From Escherichia phage vB_EcoM_F1: 64,000 bases of DNA. Shown here in pieces: positions 1 to 10,277 of the stretch (positions are counted from its first letter, which is position 1; every line of letters starts with the position of its first letter). The DNA lies in sequence record NC_054912.1; one strand, 5' to 3'. The notes beneath the pieces are model-generated. The model ran no database searches, was not told the origin of the DNA, and saw only the letters and a program-made list of their open reading frames with translations. The translations under genes and the position numbers were made by a program.

Positions 1-720
1 GAAGCAAAAGAAACTTTCGGCACTGTATTCGAAGCTACCGTCAAGCAGCACGCCGTTAAATTAGCTGAATCTCATATCGCTAAAATTGCTGAAAAAGCAG
101 AAGAAGAAGTAGAAAAAAATAAAGAAGAAGCCGAAGAAAAAGCTGAGAAGAAAATCGCTGAGCAAGCTTCTAAATTCATTGACCATCTTGCAAAAGAATG
201 GCTCGCTGAAAATAAATTAGCAGTTGATAAAGGCATCAAAGCCGAACTGTTTGAATCCATGCTTGGTGGATTAAAAGAGCTCTTTGTTGAACACAACGTT
301 GTTGTTCCAGAAGAATCAGTTGATATTGTAGCTGAAATGGAAGAAGAGCTGCAAGAACATAAAGAAGAATCAGCTCGTCTGTTCGAAGAACTCAGCATGC
401 GCGACGCATATATCAATTATGTGCAGCGTGAAGTGGCATTGAGCGAAAGTACTAAAGATCTGACTGAGTCTCAAAAAGAAAAAGTCTCTGCTCTGGTCGA
501 AGGTATGGATTATTCAGATGCATTCTCAAGTAAATTGAGTGCAATCGTAGAAATGGTGAAGAAATCTAATAAAGATGAAAGCACTATTACTGAGAGTATA
601 AATACTCCTGATACTGAAGCAGCCGGACTGAATTTCGTCACTGAAGCTGTAGAAGATAAAGCTGCACAGGGTGCAGAAGATATTGTAAGTGTATATGCGA
701 AAGTCGCATCTCGTTTCTAA
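1..720 (+). CDS. 22: Prohead core scaffold protein gp22, 5'-partial (start lies upstream of window)
   Basis: Frame 1 is open from base 1 to the stop at 718-720; acidic Ala/Glu/Lys-rich translation (EAKETFGTVFEATVKQHAVKLAESHIAKIAEK...); sits immediately upstream of gene 23 as in T4. Confidence 0.85.
   Translation, partial: EAKETFGTVFEATVKQHAVKLAESHIAKIAEKAEEEVEKNKEEAEEKAEKKIAEQASKFIDHLAKEWLAENKLAVDKGIKAELFESMLGGLKELFVEHNVVVPEESVDIVAEMEEELQEHKEESARLFEELSMRDAYINYVQREVALSESTKDLTESQKEKVSALVEGMDYSDAFSSKLSAIVEMVKKSNKDESTITESINTPDTEAAGLNFVTEAVEDKAAQGAEDIVSVYAKVASRF
597..604 (+). promoter_or_regulatory. T4-type late promoter TATAAATA upstream of gene 23
   Basis: Exact TATAAATA at 597-604 inside the 3' end of gene 22, about 135 nt upstream of the gene 23 ATG. 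Confidence 0.55.
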
Positions 721-738
721 TTTTAAAGGTTAACACAA

Positions 739-2304
739 ATGACTATCAAAACTAAAGCTGAACTTTTGAACAAATGGAAGCCATTACTGGAAGGTGAAGG
801 TTTACCGGAAATTGCTAATAGCAAACAAGCGATTATCGCTAAAATCTTTGAAAACCAGGAAAAAGATTTCCAGACAGCTCCGGAATATAAAGACGAAAAA
901 ATTGCTCAGGCATTCGGTTCTTTCTTAACAGAAGCTGAAATCGGTGGTGACCACGGCTACAATGCTACCAACATCGCTGCAGGTCAGACTTCTGGCGCAG
1001 TAACTCAGATTGGCCCGGCTGTTATGGGTATGGTACGTCGTGCTATTCCTAACCTGATTGCTTTCGATATTTGTGGTGTTCAGCCGATGAACAGCCCGAC
1101 TGGCCAGGTATTCGCAATGCGCGCAGTATATGGTAAAGACCCGGTCGCTTCTGGTGCTAAAGAAGCATTCCACCCAATGTATGGTCCAGATGCAATGTTC
1201 TCTGGTCAGGGTGCTGCTAAGAAATTCACAGCTCTGGCTGCTAGCACACAAACCACAGCAGGTGATATCTATACTCACTTCTTCCAGGACACTGGTACTG
1301 TGTATCTGCAAGCTTCTGCTCAAGTAACAATTAGTGCAAGCGCAACTGATGCAGCTAAATTAGATGCTGAAATTAAGAAACAAATGGAAGCTGGTGTACT
1401 GGTAGAAATCGCTGAAGGTATGGCTACTTCTATCGCTGAACTCCAGGAAAGTTTCAACGGTTCTACCGATAACCCATGGAATGAAATGGGCTTCCGTATC
1501 GATAAACAAGTTATCGAAGCTAAATCTCGTCAGTTGAAAGCTGCTTACTCTATTGAATTAGCACAAGACCTTCGCGCTGTTCACGGTATGGATGCTGATG
1601 CTGAACTGTCTGGTATTCTGGCTACCGAAATTATGCTGGAAATCAACCGCGAAGTTGTTGATTGGATTAACTACTCCGCTCAGGTTGGTAAATCTGGTAT
1701 GACCCTGACTCCGGGTTCTAAAGCTGGTGTATTTGACTTCCAGGACCCAATCGATATTCGTGGTGCTCGCTGGGCAGGTGAATCCTTTAAAGCTCTGTTG
1801 TTCCAGATTGACAAAGAAGCAGTTGAAATTGCTCGTCAGACTGGTCGCGGCGAAGGTAACTTCATTATCGCTTCCCGTAACGTAGTTAACGTTCTGGCTT
1901 CAGTTGATACCGGCATTTCTTATGCTGCACAAGGTCTGGCTACTGGCTTTAACACTGATACTACCAAGTCAGTATTTGCTGGTGTTCTGGGTGGTAAATA
2001 CCGTGTATATATCGACCAGTATGCTAAACAGGATTATTTCACCGTAGGTTATAAAGGTCCGAACGAAATGGATGCTGGTATTTACTATGCTCCATATGTA
2101 GCTCTGACTCCGCTGCGTGGTTCCGATCCGAAGAACTTCCAACCGGTAATGGGATTCAAAACTCGTTACGGTATCGGTATCAACCCATTTGCAGAATCCG
2201 CTGCTCAGGCTCCGGCTTCTCGCATCCAGAGCGGTATGCCTTCTATTCTGAATAGCCTTGGTAAAAACGCTTACTTCCGCCGTGTATATGTTAAAGGTAT
2301 CTAA
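739..2304 (+). CDS. 23: Major capsid protein gp23
   Basis: 521-aa ORF, MTIKTKAELLNKWKPLLEGEG..., recognised as T4 gp23; length matches. Confidence 0.97.
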   Translation: MTIKTKAELLNKWKPLLEGEGLPEIANSKQAIIAKIFENQEKDFQTAPEYKDEKIAQAFGSFLTEAEIGGDHGYNATNIAAGQTSGAVTQIGPAVMGMVRRAIPNLIAFDICGVQPMNSPTGQVFAMRAVYGKDPVASGAKEAFHPMYGPDAMFSGQGAAKKFTALAASTQTTAGDIYTHFFQDTGTVYLQASAQVTISASATDAAKLDAEIKKQMEAGVLVEIAEGMATSIAELQESFNGSTDNPWNEMGFRIDKQVIEAKSRQLKAAYSIELAQDLRAVHGMDADAELSGILATEIMLEINREVVDWINYSAQVGKSGMTLTPGSKAGVFDFQDPIDIRGARWAGESFKALLFQIDKEAVEIARQTGRGEGNFIIASRNVVNVLASVDTGISYAAQGLATGFNTDTTKSVFAGVLGGKYRVYIDQYAKQDYFTVGYKGPNEMDAGIYYAPYVALTPLRGSDPKNFQPVMGFKTRYGIGINPFAESAAQAPASRIQSGMPSILNSLGKNAYFRRVYVKGI

Positions 2305-2317
2305 TCTTTGACGATTT

Positions 2318-2337
2318 AAGGGACCTTCGGGTCCCTT
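2318..2337. terminator. Intrinsic terminator hairpin after gene 23
   Basis: aagggacc-ttcg-ggtccctt stem-loop with UUCG loop followed by T-run. Confidence 0.7.
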
Positions 2338-2352
2338 TAGTTGTTTTTATGG

Positions 2353-2360
2353 TATAAATA
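2353..2360 (+). promoter_or_regulatory. Late promoter TATAAATA upstream of gene 24
   Basis: Exact TATAAATA about 28 nt upstream of gene 24 ATG. Confidence 0.55.
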
Positions 2361-2387
2361 AATCATATAAACTGAAAGGAAAGCGCA

Positions 2388-3671
2388 ATGGCTAAAATCA
2401 ACGAACTTCTGCGCGAATCAACCACAACGAATAGCAACTCAATCGGTCGCCCAAATCTCGTTGCTTTGACTCGCGCTACCACTAAATTAATATATTCTGA
2501 CATTGTAGCAACGCAAAGAACTAATCAACCTGTTGCTGCTTTTTATGGTATCAAATACCTTAACCCAGACAACGAATTTACGTTTAAAACTGGTGCTACT
2601 TACGCTGGCGAAGCCGGATATGTAGACCGAGAACAAATCACAGAATTAACAGAAGAGTCTAAATTAACTCTCAATAAAGGCGATTTATTCAAATATAATA
2701 ATATCGTTTATAAAGTATTAGAAGATACACCATTTGCTGATATTGAAGAAAGTGATTTAGAATTAGCTCTTCAGATTGCAATTGTTCTTTTAAAGGTTCG
2801 TCTATTTTCTGATGCTGCAGTAACAAGCAAATTTGAAAGCTCTGATAGCGAAATTGCGGATGCTAGATTCCAGATTAATAAATGGCAAACCGCAGTTAAA
2901 TCTCGTAAACTTAAAACTGGCATTACAGTTGAATTAGCACAAGATTTAGAAGCAAATGGATTCGATGCTCCTAATTTCTTGGAAGATTTGCTTGCAACCG
3001 AAATGGCAGATGAAATCAATAAAGATATTCTGCAGTCTTTGATTACAGTGTCAAAACGTTATAAAGTTGCAGGAATTACTGATACTGGATTCATTGATTT
3101 GAGTTATGCATCTGCACCTGAAGCGGGTCGTTCATTATATCGAATGGTATGTGAAATGGTTTCACATATCCAAAAAGAATCAACTTATACAGCAACGTTC
3201 TGTGTTGCTTCAGCTCGTGCTGCTGCGATTCTTGCTGCATCAGGTTGGTTAAAACATAAACCAGAAGATGATAAATATCTTTCACAAAATGCCTACGGGT
3301 TCTTAGCTAATGGTTTACCGCTTTATTGCGATACTAACAGCCCATTAGATTATGTAATCGTTGGTGTAGTAGAAAATATCGGTGAAAAAGAAATTGTTGG
3401 ATCAATTTTCTATGCTCCGTATACAGAAGGTCTCGACTTAGATGACCCTGAACATGTAGGTGCATTTAAAGTTGTTGTTGACCCAGAAAGTTTGCAGCCA
3501 TCTATCGGTTTATTAGTTAGATATGCTTTATCAGCAAATCCTTACACCGTAGCAAAAGATGAAAAAGAAGCAAGAGTAATTGATGGTGGAGACATGGATA
3601 AAATGGCGGGTCGTTCAGATTTGTCTGTTTTATTAGGTGTTAAGCTACCAAAAATTATCATTGATGAATAA
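2388..3671 (+). CDS. 24: Capsid vertex protein gp24
   Basis: 427-aa ORF directly after gene 23, gp23-paralog position and size as in T4. Confidence 0.93.
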   Translation: MAKINELLRESTTTNSNSIGRPNLVALTRATTKLIYSDIVATQRTNQPVAAFYGIKYLNPDNEFTFKTGATYAGEAGYVDREQITELTEESKLTLNKGDLFKYNNIVYKVLEDTPFADIEESDLELALQIAIVLLKVRLFSDAAVTSKFESSDSEIADARFQINKWQTAVKSRKLKTGITVELAQDLEANGFDAPNFLEDLLATEMADEINKDILQSLITVSKRYKVAGITDTGFIDLSYASAPEAGRSLYRMVCEMVSHIQKESTYTATFCVASARAAAILAASGWLKHKPEDDKYLSQNAYGFLANGLPLYCDTNSPLDYVIVGVVENIGEKEIVGSIFYAPYTEGLDLDDPEHVGAFKVVVDPESLQPSIGLLVRYALSANPYTVAKDEKEARVIDGGDMDKMAGRSDLSVLLGVKLPKIIIDE

Positions 3672-3674
3672 AAC

Positions 3675-3698
3675 AAAGGGACCTTTCGGTCCCTTTTT
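3675..3698. terminator. Bidirectional terminator hairpin between gene 24 (+) and rnlB (-)
   Basis: aaagggacc-tttc-ggtcccttttt, A-run on one side and T-run on the other. Confidence 0.7.
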
Positions 3699-3700
3699 AT

Positions 3701-4705
3701 TTAACTTACCAATTCAATCCAAGCCGGACGAAGTACATCTTGTACCATTTTAACTAATTCCTTTTTAATCAAAGAAGGATTATCCGCTTGAGTTAGAGTA
3801 ATACCTTCACGAGAAGTTTCTTCCAAAATATCTTGAACAGTTAGTCCCATCACCTTTCCAAAATCTTTTGGACCAATTTCGCCAATTTTAGAAATAACGT
3901 TATTTACTCGGTTCAGTGTAACGTAACAAGCTAAAATTCCCACCAATTTGTTATCAGCTTCTGATAGTTCAACTTTAGCTTTAATAGGCTTATCAGACTT
4001 TTTCTTTTCACTAAATTTGGAATTCTTGCATTTAATCGCTACACGATTTCCATTATGAAGCCAAGAAGGATAACAAGGTTTCAATACATATCCTTCAGCG
4101 GTAAATACTTCGCCTTTTGCTTCGGCATTCCAAACGCATTTATTTGCATCAACTAATCCAGCATGGTCTACTGTAAAATTATAAGACGGAACAACAGAAT
4201 CCAAATCATTTGGAAGTTTAATAAGATCTTCAAATTTACCACGACCCAAAAGTGGAGCGATTTTAAACCCAAATGAATTACAAAACGATTCCATCATGTA
4301 ATCATCAACATAAGTTACATCACCACTTTCGGTAGTGACAATAATGTCAAATACATAAAAATCTTTATCGCCATAATCAACATTCTTCTGAATGCCAGGT
4401 CCAGCGAATTCGCCAAAAACTTGATAAGTCACAACAGCTGAAGTTTCCATAATTTCTTGGACAGCTTTAATAGAATCTTCGTAATTCTTTAAAATAATTT
4501 CATAACCGAAGAAATCTTCAGCAGGAAGAATTGGTCCAGTACGTTTAGCGCAAGTTACTTTATCACGCTCAATAATCAATGAGAAATTTGTGCCGTGAAT
4601 CTTTTCACGAGCTACCCATTCGCCGCCAGTCAATCCCAAGCTATAAAGTTTTTCAATAAATTTAGAGTTGTAATGATTTTCAAGACTGCTATACTTTTTA
4701 AACAT
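3701..4705 (-). CDS. rnlB: RNA ligase 2 (Rnl2)
   Basis: 334-aa ORF with nucleotidyltransferase motif I KIHGTN near N-terminus; T4 position between 24 and hoc. Confidence 0.9.
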   Translation of the reverse strand: MFKKYSSLENHYNSKFIEKLYSLGLTGGEWVAREKIHGTNFSLIIERDKVTCAKRTGPILPAEDFFGYEIILKNYEDSIKAVQEIMETSAVVTYQVFGEFAGPGIQKNVDYGDKDFYVFDIIVTTESGDVTYVDDYMMESFCNSFGFKIAPLLGRGKFEDLIKLPNDLDSVVPSYNFTVDHAGLVDANKCVWNAEAKGEVFTAEGYVLKPCYPSWLHNGNRVAIKCKNSKFSEKKKSDKPIKAKVELSEADNKLVGILACYVTLNRVNNVISKIGEIGPKDFGKVMGLTVQDILEETSREGITLTQADNPSLIKKELVKMVQDVLRPAWIELVS

Positions 4706-4714
4706 AATTAATCC

Positions 4715-4993
4715 TCAAAATGTAATTTCTAACCAATCACCATCACGCTGATCACTATTAACTTTAAAGCTGAATCCTTCTTTTCTCAGCCAATCACCAA
4801 TTTCTTCAGTAATCAATTTATCGCGAGCAGTACAATAATAACTAAAATATGTTTTACCTTGTTCAGCTGCTTTATTAGCAAGTTCCGAAAAATCTTTAAT
4901 AAAACACTCTAGCTTAAACTGTTTACTTTTGAATGCTTTTTCGCGTAATTGATTAGCAAAAGATTCATTTTCATAAAGATCATACTGTTCCAT
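4715..4993 (-). CDS. Hypothetical protein (T4 24.2-like position)
   Basis: 92-aa ORF co-oriented between hoc and rnlB. Confidence 0.55.
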   Translation of the reverse strand: MEQYDLYENESFANQLREKAFKSKQFKLECFIKDFSELANKAAEQGKTYFSYYCTARDKLITEEIGDWLRKEGFSFKVNSDQRDGDWLEITF

Positions 4994-5195
4994 TTTTCAC
5001 CTTTTTATTAATATGTCTTTTTCTATAGACAACTTTTTCTCGAGTTTCAAATTTATTCTTAGCAGTCATAGCTCGAGCCCATAATACAGCCACTTCTTTT
5101 GCCTGTAAGTTCAATTCACGAGCAATTTCAATGAATGACTTTCCAGACTCATGGAGAGTAAACACCACAACCTCAGTTCTCATAATCAATCTCAT
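4980..5195 (-). CDS. Hypothetical protein (T4 24.3-like position)
   Basis: 71-aa ORF co-oriented, small overlap with downstream ORF. Confidence 0.5.
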   Translation of the reverse strand: MRLIMRTEVVVFTLHESGKSFIEIARELNLQAKEVAVLWARAMTAKNKFETREKVVYRKRHINKKVKNGTV

Positions 5196-5263
5196 GTTAT
5201 CGAGTTGGTGCCATTATATACATCATTTTCTGAGTGTGTTTTGTGTGCTTTCAAAATGAAGAA

Positions 5264-5279
5264 AGGGGCCGAAGCCCCT
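5264..5279 (-). terminator. Terminator hairpin downstream of hoc
   Basis: aggggc-cgaa-gcccct stem-loop immediately 3' of hoc stop on minus strand. Confidence 0.6.
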
Positions 5280-5284
5280 TATGA

Positions 5285-6415
5285 TTATGGATAGGTATAG
5301 ATGATACCAGTTTCTAAAGCAGTTTTATGAATGATGTATCCATTACGCGATTCTTGGACATCAACTTCTGGATAGTCTTTCATCATCTTCTGAAGAGTGT
5401 AACGATGCAGGTAGTATTTACTATCTGGATCGTCAGTTTTCCAATCTTTACCTTCTTCGGTCATTTTTTGGATTTCATCCATAACCCACCAACCGCACCA
5501 GATGTAAGCTGAAGTGCGATGTGGAAGAGGATGAACATAAGGCAATTCACCTTCTGGTTCTGGAGCAACTTTATCAGTTACCTGAACTTGACCTTCTGCT
5601 GTAATAGTTTTGCTATCATAATCAGTTGCTGTAACGACAGCAGTAACTTCAATAGTTTGACTTCCAACAGATGAGGTATCGACAGTATACACATTAGTCG
5701 ATCCTTCTACAGGAGAAGAATCTTTCTTCCATGAATAAGTAATTTGCGCTGCTTCAGGTGCGCCAGTGACATTAGCGGTAAATGTAGCCGAAGCATCTTG
5801 CTGAACGTTAATAGAAGGAGGAGTCAATGTAACCTGTGGATTCATTGTCTTCTTATTAACTGTTAATGATACTTCATTAGAAGTAACGCTCAGTGCATCG
5901 TAATCTGTCGCGGTTACTTGGGCTACGCATTTAATTTTTTTAACTCCACTTGTAGTTGGAGTGTAATTGAATGTAGCGGAAGTTGCTTCGTCCACAGGAG
6001 AACCGTCAACGTACCACTGATATGTGGCGTTTGCGCCCGATGGCTGCGAAGCTAAAGCGGCAGTAAATTCAATAGCTGTTCCAATCACTCCAGCCGCAGG
6101 ACTAGCAGGAGTTACGGCTAAGGTAGTCGTCTGTGTCTTATTTTTAACTGTGATAGTTGTTGTCGCTTCAGCCGTTTCCGGGCCTCCTTCAGAAAGTGTA
6201 TTTGTTGCAACTACTTTAATAGTCTTTTGACCGGCAGGTCCTTTTAATACATAACTAAAAGTTGCTTCAGCTCCATCTTGTGGAACATCATCTACAGTCC
6301 AAACATATGTAATAGGTCCATCTCCAGTTTGACCACTGGGTGTAGCAGTAAACTGCTGAGTCTGATCTATAACTCCAGTAGGTGTTTTAGGAGTTATATC
6401 AACTGTAAAAGCCAT
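5285..6415 (-). CDS. hoc: Highly immunogenic outer capsid protein Hoc (Ig-like domain repeats)
   Basis: 376-aa ORF with repeated Thr/Val-rich beta-type segments and recurring VTATDYD motif; T4 position and length. Confidence 0.88.
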   Translation of the reverse strand: MAFTVDITPKTPTGVIDQTQQFTATPSGQTGDGPITYVWTVDDVPQDGAEATFSYVLKGPAGQKTIKVVATNTLSEGGPETAEATTTITVKNKTQTTTLAVTPASPAAGVIGTAIEFTAALASQPSGANATYQWYVDGSPVDEATSATFNYTPTTSGVKKIKCVAQVTATDYDALSVTSNEVSLTVNKKTMNPQVTLTPPSINVQQDASATFTANVTGAPEAAQITYSWKKDSSPVEGSTNVYTVDTSSVGSQTIEVTAVVTATDYDSKTITAEGQVQVTDKVAPEPEGELPYVHPLPHRTSAYIWCGWWVMDEIQKMTEEGKDWKTDDPDSKYYLHRYTLQKMMKDYPEVDVQESRNGYIIHKTALETGIIYTYP

Positions 6416-6424
6416 AAGTTATCC

Positions 6425-7105
6425 TTATTTTAATGTTACGAAAGAAGAATTGCGTGTTTCACGAATTAAAACTGATCCATCACGATTAATGTAATAAATT
6501 AAGCTAAATAAAGTTTGGTGTGCTGACGCATGCTCAAAACTTGTTGGGTGAGATTTCCAATCCGGAGTTTCAGCAATCCATTGATAAATCCACCAAGGAA
6601 CAGTGCAGAATCCTGGATTTTTTCCAATCAGCTGAAGATTCGGACTAAAGTTTTCCGGAAGAGTAAATACAGACGGCTTTTCAGATTCAATAATCTCAGC
6701 TACAGCCTGTTCAAATTTTTCTTCAACAAAAGGAGTATCTTCAATCAAAACATCGGTATTTTCAGGAATTTTATCCTTTTCTACTACTTCAATTTTAATG
6801 TCAGATTTAACCGGAGAATCAATCAGAAGTGCTGCTTCTGGATTGACTTCTTCATCGTCATATTTTAATCCCTCTGCGGCATCAGCAGCATCAATTAAGT
6901 CTTTAATAGATAACCCATCAGTCTCTGGCATAGGTTCACTAGCGAGCTTCTGGAGGGCTTCTTCAATATCAGCAACGATATTATCAAAAGATTTATTCTT
7001 TTTGACCTTTATACCAAACTGTTCAGCATATTCAGCTAATTTAGCTTTAGCTTCTTTGTTATCATCAAGAGCCTTCAGCTCTGCAATATAATCTTTATCT
7101 ATCAT
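6425..7105 (-). CDS. inh: Inhibitor of prohead protease (Inh)
   Basis: 226-aa acidic ORF between hoc and uvsW, T4 gene order and size. Confidence 0.8.
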   Translation of the reverse strand: MIDKDYIAELKALDDNKEAKAKLAEYAEQFGIKVKKNKSFDNIVADIEEALQKLASEPMPETDGLSIKDLIDAADAAEGLKYDDEEVNPEAALLIDSPVKSDIKIEVVEKDKIPENTDVLIEDTPFVEEKFEQAVAEIIESEKPSVFTLPENFSPNLQLIGKNPGFCTVPWWIYQWIAETPDWKSHPTSFEHASAHQTLFSLIYYINRDGSVLIRETRNSSFVTLK

Positions 7106-7118
7106 AATATTTCCTCAG

Positions 7119-7126
7119 TATAAATA
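7119..7126 (+). promoter_or_regulatory. Late promoter TATAAATA upstream of uvsW
   Basis: Exact TATAAATA about 30 nt upstream of uvsW ATG. Confidence 0.5.
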
Positions 7127-7155
7127 TAGATATATTTATTACATGGTATTTAGAC

Positions 7156-8667
7156 ATGACTGACATTAAAGTACATTTTTATGATTTTAGTCACGTGAGA
7201 ATTGATTGTGAAGAAAGTACATTTCATGAACTCCGTGATTTCTTTAGCTTTGAAGCTGATGGGTATCGTTTTAATCCGAAGTACAGATATGGCCACTGGG
7301 ATGGACGAATCCGTCTGTTAGATTATAATCGTCTTCTTCCATTCGGCTTAGTCGGGCAAATTAAAAAGTTCTGTGATAACTTTGGCTATAAAGCTTGGAT
7401 TGACCCGCAAATTAACGAAAAAGAAGAATTATCAAGAAAAGATTTCGATGAATGGCTTTCTAAATTAGAAATCTATTCAGGAAATAAAAGAATTGAACCG
7501 CACTGGTATCAAAAAGATGCAGTGTTCGAAGGATTAGTTAATCGTCGTAGAATTCTTAATCTTCCAACATCCGCTGGTAAATCGTTAATTCAAGCTTTGC
7601 TTGCGCGATATTATTTGGAAAATTATGAAGGTAAAATTCTTATCATTGTTCCAACAACGGCTCTGACAACTCAGATGGCTGATGACTTCGTTGACTATCG
7701 TTTATTCAGTCATGCAATGATAAAGAAAATTGGTGGCGGAGCATCAAAAGATGATAAATATAAAAATGATGCACCAGTCGTTGTTGGTACATGGCAAACT
7801 GTAGTTAAACAACCGAAAGAATGGTTCTCACAGTTTGGAATGATGATGAATGATGAATGCCATCTTGCTACAGGAAAAAGTATTTCATCCATCATATCAG
7901 GTTTAAATAACTGCATGTTCAAATTCGGTTTGTCTGGTTCATTACGTGATGGCAAAGCCAATATCATGCAGTATGTTGGAATGTTTGGTGAAATATTTAA
8001 GCCAGTAACGACTTCTAAATTAATGGAAGATGGACAAGTAACTGAGCTAAAAATTAATAGTATTTTTCTTCGCTATCCCGATGAGTTCACTACTAAATTA
8101 AAGGGAAAAACTTATCAAGAAGAAATAAAAATTATTACTGGGCTCAGTAAAAGAAATAAATGGATCGCTAAATTAGCTATTAAGCTTGCACAAAAAGATG
8201 AAAACGCTTTTGTCATGTTTAAACATGTATCGCACGGTAAAGCTATTTTCGATTTAATTAAAAATGAATACGATAAAGTTTATTACGTATCAGGGGAAGT
8301 TGATACCGAAACCCGCAATATAATGAAAACCTTAGCTGAAAATGGTAAAGGAATAATTATAGTAGCGAGTTATGGTGTATTTTCTACTGGTATTTCAGTT
8401 AAAAATCTGCATCATGTTGTTTTAGCGCACGGCGTTAAATCAAAAATCATTGTATTACAAACAATCGGTCGTGTATTACGTAAGCATGGTTCTAAAACAA
8501 TCGCAACTGTCTGGGACCTCATAGATGATTGCGGTGTTAAGCCAAAATCTGCTAATACTAAAAAGAAATATGTTCATTTGAACTATCTTTTAAAACACGG
8601 CATTGATCGTATTCAGCGCTACGCAGATGAAAAATTTAATTACGTAATGAAAACAGTTAATTTATAA
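7156..8667 (+). CDS. uvsW: UvsW SF2 DNA/RNA helicase
   Basis: 503-aa ORF with helicase motifs (Walker A-like LPTSAGKS, DEAH-like MNDECH); T4 position. Confidence 0.92.
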   Translation: MTDIKVHFYDFSHVRIDCEESTFHELRDFFSFEADGYRFNPKYRYGHWDGRIRLLDYNRLLPFGLVGQIKKFCDNFGYKAWIDPQINEKEELSRKDFDEWLSKLEIYSGNKRIEPHWYQKDAVFEGLVNRRRILNLPTSAGKSLIQALLARYYLENYEGKILIIVPTTALTTQMADDFVDYRLFSHAMIKKIGGGASKDDKYKNDAPVVVGTWQTVVKQPKEWFSQFGMMMNDECHLATGKSISSIISGLNNCMFKFGLSGSLRDGKANIMQYVGMFGEIFKPVTTSKLMEDGQVTELKINSIFLRYPDEFTTKLKGKTYQEEIKIITGLSKRNKWIAKLAIKLAQKDENAFVMFKHVSHGKAIFDLIKNEYDKVYYVSGEVDTETRNIMKTLAENGKGIIIVASYGVFSTGISVKNLHHVVLAHGVKSKIIVLQTIGRVLRKHGSKTIATVWDLIDDCGVKPKSANTKKKYVHLNYLLKHGIDRIQRYADEKFNYVMKTVNL

Positions 8668-8692
8668 GGGCTTCGGCCCTTTGGAGAAAAAG

Positions 8693-8923
8693 ATGTTACT
8701 AGAATTTAAACAATTTCTTTATGAAGCTTCTATTGATGAATTTATGGGTAAAATTGCCTCTTGTCAAACATTAGAAGGTTTAGAAGAACTTGAAGCTTAT
8801 TATAAGAAAAGAGTCAAAGAAACTGAATTAAAAGATACTGATGACATCTCTGTGAGAGATGCTTTGGCAGGAAAAAGAGCTGAATTAGAAGATTCAGACG
8901 ATGAAGTAGAAGAAAGTTTTTAA
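8693..8923 (+). CDS. uvsW.1: UvsW.1 small acidic protein
   Basis: ATG at 8693 preceded by GGAG; the track ORF from 8681 starts at TTG; 76 codons as for T4 UvsW.1. Confidence 0.75.
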   Translation: MLLEFKQFLYEASIDEFMGKIASCQTLEGLEELEAYYKKRVKETELKDTDDISVRDALAGKRAELEDSDDEVEESF

Positions 8924-8978
8924 ATTAAAAAAGGCCCAACCAAAAAGGAAGGGCCAAAACTATAGACTAAAGGTCACA

Positions 8979-9146
8979 CTATAGCAAAAGTTGTGTTTCA
9001 TTTAATTGTTCTTCCGAACTTTCTGAAACTGGTAGTTCTTTAATGTAATTATAGCAAGGCCCAGGATGTACAGGACCTTTGTCTGTTTCAACAACCAATG
9101 CAGAATCGATTGGAGTTTTACAGACAACACAAATCTTATCTGACAT
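8979..9146 (-). CDS. Small hypothetical protein (uvsY.-2-like position)
   Basis: 55-codon ORF read by hand (MSDKICVVCKTPIDS...), below the 60-aa track cut-off, co-oriented with uvsY. Confidence 0.45.
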   Translation of the reverse strand: MSDKICVVCKTPIDSALVVETDKGPVHPGPCYNYIKELPVSESSEEQLNETQLLL

Positions 9147-9174
9147 GATTGTCTCCTCTGAATTATATATCTAT

Positions 9175-9399
9175 TTATACAACTCTCATATGCATATCAA
9201 TGCCCATATCTTTAGAATAAAAATATTCATCAAGATATCCGGCAAATTTTCCTTTAATATAAAGAACATCTTCACCGCACGGGTGGTCGGCCAGAATACG
9301 AATATCCTGACGCTTAAGATTATGCTTTTTCATTAAGAATTGAATTTCCGTTTCAAATTCTTCTTCATAATTAAAAGCATCATCAATGCTATATCTCAT
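9175..9399 (-). CDS. Hypothetical protein (uvsY.-1-like position)
   Basis: 74-aa ORF abutting uvsY stop. Confidence 0.6.
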   Translation of the reverse strand: MRYSIDDAFNYEEEFETEIQFLMKKHNLKRQDIRILADHPCGEDVLYIKGKFAGYLDEYFYSKDMGIDMHMRVV

Positions 9400-9812
9400 T
9401 ATTTTCCAGCCTCAAATGCTCGCATGTCTTGAATATGCTTAATAGCAAATCCACGTGATTTAATAGCATCAAGAGCTCCGCTACAGAAATCCAATAAAAT
9501 CCCCCAATACTGTAACGAGGTATCAACCTTTAAAACATCCTTATCAGCTGATAGAACTGTCTTCATTTCTGATTTCTCGTAACGATCCATACTAAATTCA
9601 TCACCATCTCCTCGTCCCGAGTAGTAGTCTAATCTAGCTTTAAGAGCAACTTTTTTCTGTGCGTCAATTCTAAGCATTTCCTTTTTAATACTTGAATGCT
9701 TATTAAGCCATTTACTATATAACATCACATTATTAGCTGCTTCATACTGTAATTTAGTCGAATCTATAAACACATCTTTCTTCAATTCTTCTTGAAGATC
9801 TTCTAATCTCAT
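9399..9812 (-). CDS. uvsY: UvsY recombination mediator
   Basis: 137-aa ORF, size and position as T4 UvsY. Confidence 0.9.
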   Translation of the reverse strand: MRLEDLQEELKKDVFIDSTKLQYEAANNVMLYSKWLNKHSSIKKEMLRIDAQKKVALKARLDYYSGRGDGDEFSMDRYEKSEMKTVLSADKDVLKVDTSLQYWGILLDFCSGALDAIKSRGFAIKHIQDMRAFEAGK

Positions 9813-9878
9813 ATTGTTCTCTATTCAATTGTTATTGGATGGACTTAGATTCATTATACCACGTTTATACGTGAAGCA

Positions 9879-10277
9879 TTATACTCTATTACTGGAAGCA
9901 AGTTGCAGTTTTATCTGCTCAATATCATCGGGGTTATCGATGACCGAAAAGCGTATTTCTACTATCAGAGTATAATCATCATAAACGGGTATCACATTAA
10001 CTGATAATTTATCAATACGTGGCTCATAGTTTCTTACTGCGCTTTCGATATTGCGCTCAACTGTGTCAGCAGTAAGAGGAGTCATATTTTCAAAAAGCTG
10101 GTCTGATAAATCACATCCAAATTCAGGGTCAAACGGTCTTGAACCTTTTCTTGTTGTAATAATTCCCAAAAGACTGTTTTTAATTGACCTTAATCCAAGT
10201 GATCTGGAAACATCTTTGTTCCAATCCATTTTCATTTCCGGGTCAATATCAGAATAAAGCTTATTAATATTTGCCAT
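9879..10277 (-). CDS. 25: Baseplate wedge protein gp25
   Basis: 132-aa ORF, T4 gp25 size/position. Confidence 0.9.
   Translation of the reverse strand: MANINKLYSDIDPEMKMDWNKDVSRSLGLRSIKNSLLGIITTRKGSRPFDPEFGCDLSDQLFENMTPLTADTVERNIESAVRNYEPRIDKLSVNVIPVYDDYTLIVEIRFSVIDNPDDIEQIKLQLASSNRV

Noticed and set aside
9079-9336. 85-aa plus-strand ORF
   Set aside because: Antisense to uvsY.-1 and uvsY.-2; low-complexity Ile/Phe-rich translation; no promoter or RBS
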